A stretch of DNA of 64,000 nt from Nitrososphaerales archaeon (GTDB lineage Archaea; Thermoproteota; Nitrososphaeria; Nitrososphaerales; JACPRH01), in the NCBI GenBank assembly GCA_030745655.1, contig JASLOE010000003.1:4165-68164 (forward strand), read 5' to 3'. This document shows, in pieces, positions 56,371 to 63,490 of this stretch. Position 1 is the stretch's first letter. Each line of letters begins with the position of its first letter. Under the pieces are notes generated by a model. The model was not told the DNA's origin and did not search any database. It saw only the letters and a program-made list of their open reading frames with translations. The translations under genes and the position numbers were made by a program.

Positions 56371-57783
56371 ATGGGTGCTTTTAGAAGCCTAGTTAAGAGT
56401 ATTGCAACAGTCTTACCTGAAGTACCTAAGCCAACAAGAAAACCAACTTTCAAAGAGAAACTCATGTGGGTAGGTATTGCACTCATAGTTTACTTGACAT
56501 TAGCACAAATTCCTCTATATGGTGTAGCAACAGGAGGTCAAGATCCTTTGGCATTTAGCCGTGTGATTTTCGCGTCTCAACGAGGCACGCTAATGGAACT
56601 AGGTATTGGCCCAATAGTTACAGCTGGACTTATTCTTCAATTGCTGAAGGGTTCAGAAATATTAAAGCTTGACTTTAAGAAACCGGAAGATAGAGTATTA
56701 TTCTCATCTTCTACCAAGATTCTTACCCTTATCATAATTTTAGTTGAAGCATCAGCATTCATTATGAGTGGTATATATGGTCAGAATTTGACTACACAAA
56801 CTATCGCAATTATTTTAACCCAATTGTTTTTGGTAGGTATCCTTGTCGTTCTACTGGATGAGCTTATTCAGAAGGGATGGGGTTTAGGAAGTGGTATAAG
56901 CCTATTCATTATGGCAGGTGTAGCACAACAAGTTTTGTGGAGTATATTTAGCATCATTCCAACTGGAGAAGGTCCATTGGGGGTCATCCCATTTATTATA
57001 GACTCGGCTATTAATGGAACATGGGACCTTGTTCTATTTAGAGGTAATAATTTACCTAGCTTATTTGGTCTCATGGTAACAATAGCAGTTATCCTTATGA
57101 TCATATATGTTGAGGGAATAAGGATAGAGATACCGATAACTTCAACAAAATATCGGGGTTTCCAGGGTACATATCCCATAAAATTGCTATATGTTTCAAA
57201 TATACCTGTTATTCTTGTTTCAGCACTAACTGCCAACTTTATGTTTTGGGCACAGATGATTTGGAGTAGATTTAATTCTGATAATGCGAACTCTATTCTC
57301 AATTTCTTTGCAACTTATAATTCAACAGATACCGGAGCAGGACCTACAGGTGGTTTAATGTACTACATTTCTTCGCCTGGAACTATTGGCACTACTCTGC
57401 AAGATCCTGTTCGGGCTATAGGATACATCCTTTTCTTTGTAGTTTTATCAGTATTGTTTGCAAGAATTTGGGTAGAGATAGGAGGCTTATCACCTAAGGA
57501 TGTAGCAAAAAATCTTCTAGGTGCCGATGTGCAAGTACGAGGATTTAGAAGGTCAGGTGCATCTGTTCAAACAGTTCTAGAGCGATATATACCGGTAATC
57601 ACAATTTTAGGAGGTATATTTATTGGGCTTCTTGCCTCTATATCGGATCTATTAGGGACATTTGGATCAGGGATTGGTCTCCTCTTAATGACTAGTATCA
57701 CCTTGCAATATTATCAGACATTAATGAAAGAGCAACTTGAAACACAAGCACCAGCCTTAGCTAATCTGTTGGGTAAATCATAG
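56371..57783 (+). CDS. secY: Preprotein translocase subunit SecY
   Basis: 470 aa, 10 TM segments. GIGPIVTAGLILQLL and operon position after L15. Confidence 0.97.
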   Translation: MGAFRSLVKSIATVLPEVPKPTRKPTFKEKLMWVGIALIVYLTLAQIPLYGVATGGQDPLAFSRVIFASQRGTLMELGIGPIVTAGLILQLLKGSEILKLDFKKPEDRVLFSSSTKILTLIIILVEASAFIMSGIYGQNLTTQTIAIILTQLFLVGILVVLLDELIQKGWGLGSGISLFIMAGVAQQVLWSIFSIIPTGEGPLGVIPFIIDSAINGTWDLVLFRGNNLPSLFGLMVTIAVILMIIYVEGIRIEIPITSTKYRGFQGTYPIKLLYVSNIPVILVSALTANFMFWAQMIWSRFNSDNANSILNFFATYNSTDTGAGPTGGLMYYISSPGTIGTTLQDPVRAIGYILFFVVLSVLFARIWVEIGGLSPKDVAKNLLGADVQVRGFRRSGASVQTVLERYIPVITILGGIFIGLLASISDLLGTFGSGIGLLLMTSITLQYYQTLMKEQLETQAPALANLLGKS

Positions 57784-57843
57784 AGAAGCAAACTTTTTAG
57801 ATACAGTTTCTAACCTTCCCAGTATTCAAGTGAGTGTAGTTAA

Positions 57844-58425
57844 TTGGTAGATACCAAGAGAGTGATTATCGTTGGAATACCAGGTGTTGGAAAGACGACG
57901 ATAGTGGATAAAGTTAAGAAGATACTGAACAATAAAGGGGTAAGCACCAAGTATGTTGTATTTGGATCTGTAATGATGGAAGAAGCTAATAAAATTGGTG
58001 TTAAAGACAGGGATGATATGCGGAAGCTACCAGTTAATCATCAAAGAAAATTACAGGTAGCTGCTTCTACCAAGATATCAAAAATTATTACAGAAGTTTT
58101 GTTTGTTGATACGCATCTATTTATTAAGACAAATGATGGGTTCTGGCCAGGTATTCCTTATGATGTTGCAACTGCACTTTCACCCACACATATTTTTCTA
58201 GTTATTGCTCAACCTGAAGAAATTATTAAACGCCGACTAAACGATGAATCTAGGCGTCGAGACCTAGTTACTGAAAATGAAATTATGGAAGAATTAGAGA
58301 TAGCTAAAAATATGTTGAGTTGTCTAGCAGTAATAACGGGTGCACCAATAATGCATATCCAAAATACAGAAGGAAAGGCAGATAAAGCAGCATCAATTGC
58401 AGCAGCAGCATTAGGGATGAATTAG
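57844..58425 (+). CDS. adkA: Adenylate kinase, archaeal type
   Basis: 193 aa. P-loop GIPGVGKTT and the conserved position after secY. TTG start. Confidence 0.9.
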   Translation: MVDTKRVIIVGIPGVGKTTIVDKVKKILNNKGVSTKYVVFGSVMMEEANKIGVKDRDDMRKLPVNHQRKLQVAASTKISKIITEVLFVDTHLFIKTNDGFWPGIPYDVATALSPTHIFLVIAQPEEIIKRRLNDESRRRDLVTENEIMEELEIAKNMLSCLAVITGAPIMHIQNTEGKADKAASIAAAALGMN

Positions 58426-58935
58426 TTGTTCGAACCATTTTTAATTTCAACTTTCACTCAACCACCTATTGCTACTTTGATTATTGCAGGCCTCGCTTTA
58501 ATGGTTAATCTTATCTCTTCGTTAGTAAGAAAACGGTTTACAGATATTGAGAAAACTAAGCGTATCCAGAAGGAAGTGAAGGAATTCAACTCAGAACTTA
58601 GAAAAGCCATGATGAACAAAGATAAAGACAAAGAAACGAAACTTAAGAAAAGACAAAAAAAGATGAATGAAATGCAGATGAAAATGATGACTCAAAATTT
58701 GAGGACATCGATGTATTTTATGCTTCCCTTCTTCGGAGTTTGGTGGATTTTAATCGGTGCTTTTGGGTACGAGACAATCATGGCACATTCACCTTTGGCA
58801 ATTCCACTCTTAGCTTCAAATCCTTTTGGCATAATTTATAGTGTAGAACTCAATTTCTTCTGGTGGTACTTCATATCTTCAATCTCATTTAATGGCATTA
58901 TTTCAAAAATAACCGGCACTGGGTTGACCGACTAG
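58426..58935 (+). CDS. DUF106 family membrane protein (archaeal Oxa1/YidC/EMC3-like)
   Basis: 169 aa. TM - Lys-rich coiled coil - TM - TM layout, in the conserved adk-DUF106-cmk slot. Confidence 0.75.
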   Translation: MFEPFLISTFTQPPIATLIIAGLALMVNLISSLVRKRFTDIEKTKRIQKEVKEFNSELRKAMMNKDKDKETKLKKRQKKMNEMQMKMMTQNLRTSMYFMLPFFGVWWILIGAFGYETIMAHSPLAIPLLASNPFGIIYSVELNFFWWYFISSISFNGIISKITGTGLTD

Positions 58936-58957
58936 AATATCAGAGAGAGATAGAGAC

Positions 58958-59515
58958 TTGAAGTCTTTCATAATCTCAGGTATGCCCGCCTCAGGAAAAA
59001 CGTCTGTTGCTATTAAAGTCGCAAAAAAATATGGTATGAATTACCTCTGTGGAGGAGATATATTGAAAGAAATAGCTATCTCAAAAGGATATCATCCATC
59101 TGGAAATGATTGGTGGGATACAGAAAACGGAATGAAATTCCTAGAAGAACGTAAGAAGTCGTTTCGATTTGACCGTGAAGTTGATGATAAACTAGTGAAA
59201 CTAATTGAAAAAGGAGGAGTAGTAGTAACTAGCTATACTGCTCCATGGATTTCAACTGAAGGATTGAAAATATGGTTGAAAGCATCACCTAATATTAGAT
59301 CTAAAAGGTTAGCTTCTCGCGACAAAATCCCATATATTGAAGCAAAGAAGATAGTGAAAAAGAGAGACACTGAAAATATTGCTATCTATAAAAAAATATA
59401 TGGTTTTAATATTGATAAAGACCTATCAGTTTTTCATTTAGTCTTAGATACAAATAATCTTTCAAAAAACCAAGTGATTGAAATTGTCTTCAAAGCATGC
59501 CAACATTTTATCTAA
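58958..59515 (+). CDS. cmk: Cytidylate kinase, archaeal type
   Basis: 185 aa. P-loop SGMPASGKTS and operon position. TTG start. Confidence 0.85.
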   Translation: MKSFIISGMPASGKTSVAIKVAKKYGMNYLCGGDILKEIAISKGYHPSGNDWWDTENGMKFLEERKKSFRFDREVDDKLVKLIEKGGVVVTSYTAPWISTEGLKIWLKASPNIRSKRLASRDKIPYIEAKKIVKKRDTENIAIYKKIYGFNIDKDLSVFHLVLDTNNLSKNQVIEIVFKACQHFI

Positions 59516-60521
59516 ATCATCTTCTATAAAAGAAGAATTACTAATAATCGATACAGAGGAAACCAGTGAAGAATATGGGATATATCCTGATAAGAGAACA
59601 GTAAATGATATTTTAGACTACGGATTCATACCACTTGACAAACCTGCAGGACCTACAAGTCACGAAGTTGTAGCATGGGTTAGAAAAATGCTTAGGGAAG
59701 ATAAGGCCGGACATAGTGGTACACTCGACCCAGCTGTTACAGGTATGCTTCCAATTGGGCTTGGTGAAGCGACTAAAGCATTATCTGTTTTACTGATTGG
59801 TCCAAAAGAATACATTGGGTTAGCTAGGATTCATAGTAATTTAGACCACACAAAACTGAAGAATGTATTCAAGGAATTCACAGGGGAAATATTTCAACGA
59901 CCCCCTCAGAAATCTTCTGTGAAAAGGCAAACTAGACGTAGATGGATATATGAATTAGAAATTCTAGAAATTAAAGGACAACTTATTCTTTTCAGGGTCC
60001 TTTGTCAAGCGGGAACATATATACGAAAACTCGTATATGATATTGGTGAAGTTCTCGGTCCAGGAGCAACAATGATAGAACTGAGAAGAACTAAAGTTAG
60101 TAATCTAAAAGAAAAGGATGGATTAGTTAAAATGCATGATTTGTTTGATGCAGTCTATGAATGGAAGAAAAACAAATCTGAAGATAAATTAATTCGTTTA
60201 ATCCAACCAGTTGAAAAAATGTTATCTTCATTAAAAATGATAATCATCCGTGACTCTGCAGTATCAGCTATATGTCACGGAGCCCAATTGGCAGTTCCAG
60301 GTGTTCTTCAAGTATCACCAGATTTACGTAATGGTGATGCTATTGCCTTGTATACGTTAAAGATGGAAATTGTGGCAATCGGTGAGGCAACAATGTCTGC
60401 AACCGAGATCGAGGAGTGTGAAAAAGGATTAGTGGCTAAAACCAGAAGAGTAATAATGAAGCAAGATACTTATCCCAGACTCTGGAAGACTAAGAAAACA
60501 ACAGATGTCGGGGTCGCCTAG
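59478..60521 (+). CDS. cbf5: tRNA/rRNA pseudouridine synthase Cbf5 (TruB family with PUA domain)
   Basis: 347 aa. DKPAGPTSHEVV, GHSGTLDPAVTGMLP and a C-terminal PUA domain. TTG start. The last 15 nt overlap the tRNA-Ser gene. Confidence 0.95.
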   Translation: MKLSSKHANILSKSSSIKEELLIIDTEETSEEYGIYPDKRTVNDILDYGFIPLDKPAGPTSHEVVAWVRKMLREDKAGHSGTLDPAVTGMLPIGLGEATKALSVLLIGPKEYIGLARIHSNLDHTKLKNVFKEFTGEIFQRPPQKSSVKRQTRRRWIYELEILEIKGQLILFRVLCQAGTYIRKLVYDIGEVLGPGATMIELRRTKVSNLKEKDGLVKMHDLFDAVYEWKKNKSEDKLIRLIQPVEKMLSSLKMIIIRDSAVSAICHGAQLAVPGVLQVSPDLRNGDAIALYTLKMEIVAIGEATMSATEIEECEKGLVAKTRRVIMKQDTYPRLWKTKKTTDVGVA

Positions 60522-60536
60522 CTTGGTAGGGCGCAG

Positions 60537-60553
60537 ATCCATTTGGAGCTTAA
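60537..60553 (+). other. tRNA-Ser intron 1 (17 nt, position 29/30)
   Basis: Relaxed BHB: 3-nt bulges AG|A and AA|G cut after their second nt. The intron hairpin TCC-ATTT-GGA is flanked by a partly mismatched 4-bp helix (GCGC/GCTT). This is the only boundary that yields a perfect CAGGC/GCCTG stem. Confidence 0.55.
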
Positions 60554-60561
60554 GCCTGGAA

Positions 60562-60573
60562 ACAAAGCCGGTT
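60562..60573 (+). other. tRNA-Ser intron 2 (12 nt, canonical 37/38)
   Basis: Central 4-bp helix CTGG (60556-60559) / CCGG (60568-60571), flanked by 3-nt bulges AA|A and TT|A (bulge-helix-loop form). Confidence 0.6.
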
Positions 60574-60665
60574 AGCCTGTGACCGTAATGGTCTCGTGGG
60601 TTCAAATCCCACCCCCGGCGCCAAATCTCTGAAATAATTCTTGATAAGATTTAACTTTCACATTG

Positions 60666-60851
60666 TCAATATATGAAAAAATTAGAATTAAAATCATCCA
60701 TCAGTTTAACACATGCTTCATTTGATATTGTGTAGGACTCACCAATTTGTAGCACTCCCCAATATATCTGGGCCATTTTCTCTACAACTTTAGCCATTTT
60801 GACTGTGTATAACATATTTCTACCACAGACTAAAATTCCATGGTTAGCCAA
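60666..60851 (-). pseudogene. C-terminal remnant of a class II aldolase/adducin-domain gene
   Basis: The 61-aa ORF MANHGILVCGRNMLYTVKMAKVVEKMAQIY resembles only the last third of class II aldolases (LxNHGvvxxGxxlxxA...E..A). No upstream coding continuation exists before the tRNA-Ile gene. Confidence 0.45.
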
Positions 60852-60931
60852 AAGGATTCGAAGTTAAGAGTAAAGTTAAAACAGAACTCTCAAAGAATGA
60901 GGCGGTATGGGACCGTAGCTCAGCATGGTTA

Positions 60932-60952
60932 ACTGAGTGATCTCAGGCCTAG
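60932..60952 (+). other. tRNA-Ile intron 1 (21 nt, in D loop)
   Basis: Hairpin CTGAG-TGAT-CTCAG flanked by bulges TA|A and AG|G. Central helix TGGT/GCCT has 3 of 4 pairs. Confidence 0.6.
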
Positions 60953-60961
60953 GAGCGTTCG

Positions 60962-60990
60962 AATGGCGACGGTAATGTTTCCATGGCGAT
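60962..60990 (+). other. tRNA-Ile intron 2 (29 nt, position 30/31)
   Basis: Good BHB: central helix CGTT (60956-60959) / GGCG (60985-60988), bulges CG|A and AT|G, inner helix ATGG/CCAT. Splicing creates a perfect TTCGG/CCGAA stem. Confidence 0.65.
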
Positions 60991-61003
60991 GCTGATAACC
61001 GAA

Positions 61004-61024
61004 TTGGTTTTCAAACCACGGGAA
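61004..61024 (+). other. tRNA-Ile intron 3 (21 nt, near position 43/44)
   Basis: Hairpin TGGTT-TTCA-AACCA flanked by bulges AA|T and AA|A. Central helix ACCG/CGGG has 3 of 4 pairs. The junction can slide up to 3 nt without changing the mature sequence. Confidence 0.6.
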
Positions 61025-61061
61025 AGGTCCCCGGTTCAAATCCGGGCGGTCCCATACGAAT

Positions 61062-61829
61062 TTATTTTAAGAGATAGATTGTCTTTGAATAAATCTTCTC
61101 GAATCCATTTTCTCGATAAAAGATTTCTAGGTTATCCTTCATAAGAAATTGAAGAATTAGAGAATCATTTTTTCGTTCCTTTGACCGCTTTACAACAGCA
61201 TTTAGCATATCTGATGCAACACCTTGATCTCTAAACTCCTTGAGAATTCCTAGAGCATAAATTCCCCCTACATTATTTTTAGAATACAGTGCAGTACAAC
61301 CAACAGCTTTTCCTTGGACATATGCAATATAGAAGTCAATATCAGAGCGTGGAAAAAGAACTCTATTTCTAACGATGTGTTCTTGAACTTGAGAAAGTGG
61401 AACATCAAAAGAATTTGAAAAGATCCTGACCCATTTTTTCATAGATTCCATACCGACCCTTTTTACCAGAATACTATTTTTCTGCAAATTAGTTTCTGAA
61501 CCTGTATATTCCATAACATGAAGATGATCCCAATCCTTAAATCCGTTATTTTCAAGTATTTCTTTGAAACCACTTGGGGATGTAAGGGGTGTAAAAAAGA
61601 AACATTGTGTGATTCTTTTTCTTCTAAATCGAGAAGCTACCCTATGTAGAACTTCAGCAGCCTCTTGAGATGAACAATTGATATTAGTAGCATGATTATA
61701 CAAAATATCATTTGCAAGTTTTTCATTCATGAGTATCTGAGCATATCCCATATCTTGGAAGTCAGAAAAAAAGGAAAACCAAGTGTTTTCATTTTCTTCA
61801 AACTGCTTTATTTTGTTTAAAGAATCCAT
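61062..61829 (-). CDS. GNAT family N-acetyltransferase (C-terminal GNAT domain, degenerate N-terminal lobe)
   Basis: 255 aa. AVGCTALYSKNNVGGIYALGILKEFRDQGVASDMLNAV (motif A) and YRENGFEK. The ATG overlaps the stop of the upstream CysRS-family gene (TAATG). Confidence 0.8.
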   Translation of the reverse strand: MDSLNKIKQFEENENTWFSFFSDFQDMGYAQILMNEKLANDILYNHATNINCSSQEAAEVLHRVASRFRRKRITQCFFFTPLTSPSGFKEILENNGFKDWDHLHVMEYTGSETNLQKNSILVKRVGMESMKKWVRIFSNSFDVPLSQVQEHIVRNRVLFPRSDIDFYIAYVQGKAVGCTALYSKNNVGGIYALGILKEFRDQGVASDMLNAVVKRSKERKNDSLILQFLMKDNLEIFYRENGFEKIYSKTIYLLK

Positions 61830-62986
61830 TATTTTTCACCAAAAGAAGACTCGAGACCAAGTACCGAAAGCATTTTAAGAATTTCGTTTAATAAATTCTG
61901 ATTTGTACTTACCATATCCTTATCTACCGCCCTTAACAAAAATATTAGTGCGTTAAGAGCCTTTGGAATATCAAGGTCATTCTCAAGGGATGCATAAAAA
62001 TTGTTGATATGGTTTTTGAAAAGTGTTTTTATAGGAAGATTATTCTGGATCCCTTTGAATCCAAGTATTCTTTTAGTTAACCGTGTAACTATATTTCGGA
62101 TTAGAGTAACTTGACTTTCAAATTTTTTAATCTCATTTCTTTTCAAATTGAATGTTTCACGGTAATGACATGAAAGAAGGTAAAGTCGTAGGATGTCAGG
62201 ATCAAATTGATCAAGAGAATCTTTTAATGAAATGATATTACCTAGAGATTTAGACATTTTTTCATCTTCTAAAAAGAGTAGTCCTGTGTGAACCCAATAT
62301 TTCACAAATGGGTGTTGACTAATAATGGATTCACCTTGTGCAATTTCTGCCTCATGATGTGGAAAAACAAGATCTAATGCTCCACCATGAATATCGTAAC
62401 CTCCTTTGAAAATAGATATTGATATTGCTGTATCTTCAATATGCCAACCTGGTCGTCCAATACCAAACTTATTCTTAAAATTTGGTTTTTTTCCAATCCA
62501 GCTTCTCCAGAGGAAAAAATCTCTTTGATCTCGCTTTTTAGGATTTGAATTTAGGCGTCTAAGCATTAGTTCTTGATGTGTTTGATTAGATAGTAATCCG
62601 TAGTTGGGAAAACTGGATACATCAAAAAATATGTCTCCATCCACTTGATATGCACATCCCTTTTTGATAAGATGATCTATTTGATATTCTATTTCATTAA
62701 GGTAATCAGATGCTTTATGGAATGCATTAATACTGTTTATCTTGAGTTTTTCTAAGTTTGTAATAAATTCTTGGGTGTATCTATTAGCTAAATCTTTGAA
62801 AGCTATTCCTTCCCATTCCGCTTTATCAAATACTTTATCATCAAGATCTGTTATGTTTACAATAAGGATTACATCAAATCCCTTCAACTTTAGGTATCTA
62901 ACTAGGACATCATAAACTAGGTAGGTTCGAGCATGACCTAAATGAATGCTGTCATAAACTGTGGGTCCGCATACAAATATCTTCAC
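61829..62986 (-). CDS. Cysteine--tRNA ligase family protein (short CysRS/MshC-like form; true start probably upstream of 62986)
   Basis: VCGPTVYDSIHLGHAR (HIGH), KMSKSLGN, GWHIEDTA and FPHHEAEIAQ. The track start is GTG at 62986, but the conserved KLKLYNTLSGETEEFQPRENGT is encoded in frame just upstream, to about 63058. Confidence 0.85.
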   Translation of the reverse strand: MKIFVCGPTVYDSIHLGHARTYLVYDVLVRYLKLKGFDVILIVNITDLDDKVFDKAEWEGIAFKDLANRYTQEFITNLEKLKINSINAFHKASDYLNEIEYQIDHLIKKGCAYQVDGDIFFDVSSFPNYGLLSNQTHQELMLRRLNSNPKKRDQRDFFLWRSWIGKKPNFKNKFGIGRPGWHIEDTAISISIFKGGYDIHGGALDLVFPHHEAEIAQGESIISQHPFVKYWVHTGLLFLEDEKMSKSLGNIISLKDSLDQFDPDILRLYLLSCHYRETFNLKRNEIKKFESQVTLIRNIVTRLTKRILGFKGIQNNLPIKTLFKNHINNFYASLENDLDIPKALNALIFLLRAVDKDMVSTNQNLLNEILKMLSVLGLESSFGEK

Positions 62987-63160
62987 TGTACCATTTTCGC
63001 GTGGTTGAAACTCTTCAGTTTCACCTGATAAGGTATTATATAATTTCAGTTTATTGCCCCACTAGTCCATTCAACTATAGTATTCATAAGAATTCGGATT
63101 TGATAGATATATATATTCTAAAACGTTATTGATAAGTGATTCCTCGTACTATCGATTGAT

Positions 63161-63490
63161 GTGCGAAAAAAATACCTGGAGAAACAAATAAAAAATATTG
63201 AAGAATTGACAAAGGTAATTGATTCTCTTGATTTAGATGAAGGAATAAGGTTATTTGGATTCAAGAAAGATTCTGAAGATGCTGGTTTCATCTTTATCTC
63301 AGCTGTGCATTCCTTAATCAAATCTAATCAAAAGTATTGTATCAATACTACTGATCGAGTTTTTAATGATGAAACAGGCATATATTTACCTGATGGAAAA
63401 GAAGAGTTTTTTTACGCTCCAAATGTTGAAGAGGTAATGAAGTATATTAAGAAGAATGCTTTAAAGCCTCTGAAGGCTTGGCATTACTGA
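63161..63490 (+). CDS. Hypothetical protein
   Basis: 109-aa ORF (GTG start) with no recognisable motif. The 3' end overlaps the convergent nth gene by 44 nt. Confidence 0.35.
   Translation: MRKKYLEKQIKNIEELTKVIDSLDLDEGIRLFGFKKDSEDAGFIFISAVHSLIKSNQKYCINTTDRVFNDETGIYLPDGKEEFFYAPNVEEVMKYIKKNALKPLKAWHY

Larger units (their letters stand above)
60507..60620 (+). tRNA. tRNA-Ser (anticodon GGA) with two introns
   Basis: 114 nt. Removing 60537-60553 and 60562-60573 gives an 85-nt class II cloverleaf: GTCGGGG TC GCCT-AGCTTGGTA-GGGC G CAGGC-CTGGAAA-GCCTG TGACCGTAATGGTCTC GTGGG-TTCAAAT-CCCAC CCCCGGC G. CCA is encoded at 60621-60623. Confidence 0.7.
60909..61054 (+). tRNA. tRNA-Ile (anticodon GAT) with three introns
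   Basis: 146 nt. Removing 60932-60952, 60962-60990 and 61004-61024 gives a 75-nt cloverleaf: GGGACCG TA GCTC-AGCATGGTTA-GAGC G TTCGG-CTGATAA-CCGAA AGGTC CCCGG-TTCAAAT-CCGGG CGGTCCC A. This closely matches archaeal tRNA-Ile(GAU) as I recall it. No encoded CCA. Confidence 0.75.

Noticed and set aside
60507-60620. Single-intron models for the 114-nt tRNA (e.g. CGCAG/CTGTG stem with anticodon CCA, Trp; or a CCATT/AATGG stem)
   Set aside because: They leave no residue 26 or a mismatched D stem. They put T at position 37 or C at 33, and they ignore the long variable arm and discriminator G typical of tRNA-Ser. The two-intron Ser(GGA) model resolves all of these.
60909-61054. Reading the 146-nt tRNA as tRNA-Ala (ATGGCGA loops with GGC occur twice, at 60963-60969 and 60983-60989)
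   Set aside because: The acceptor stem has G3-C70, not the G3:U70 identity pair of tRNA-Ala. Both ATGGCGA copies fall inside the well-formed BHB intron 2. The Ile(GAU) model gives perfect stems throughout.
42374-63064. A global reassignment of TAG (e.g. pyrrolysine or another sense reading), suggested by in-frame TAGs at 42374, 51398 and 63062
   Set aside because: TAG terminates many genes here exactly at their conserved C-termini: rps19 ...YVPLK, rpl22, rps3, rpl14 ...STIV, rps4e, rpl5, rps14 and cbf5. TAG is therefore a normal stop in this organism. At most, local read-through or reinitiation remains possible.
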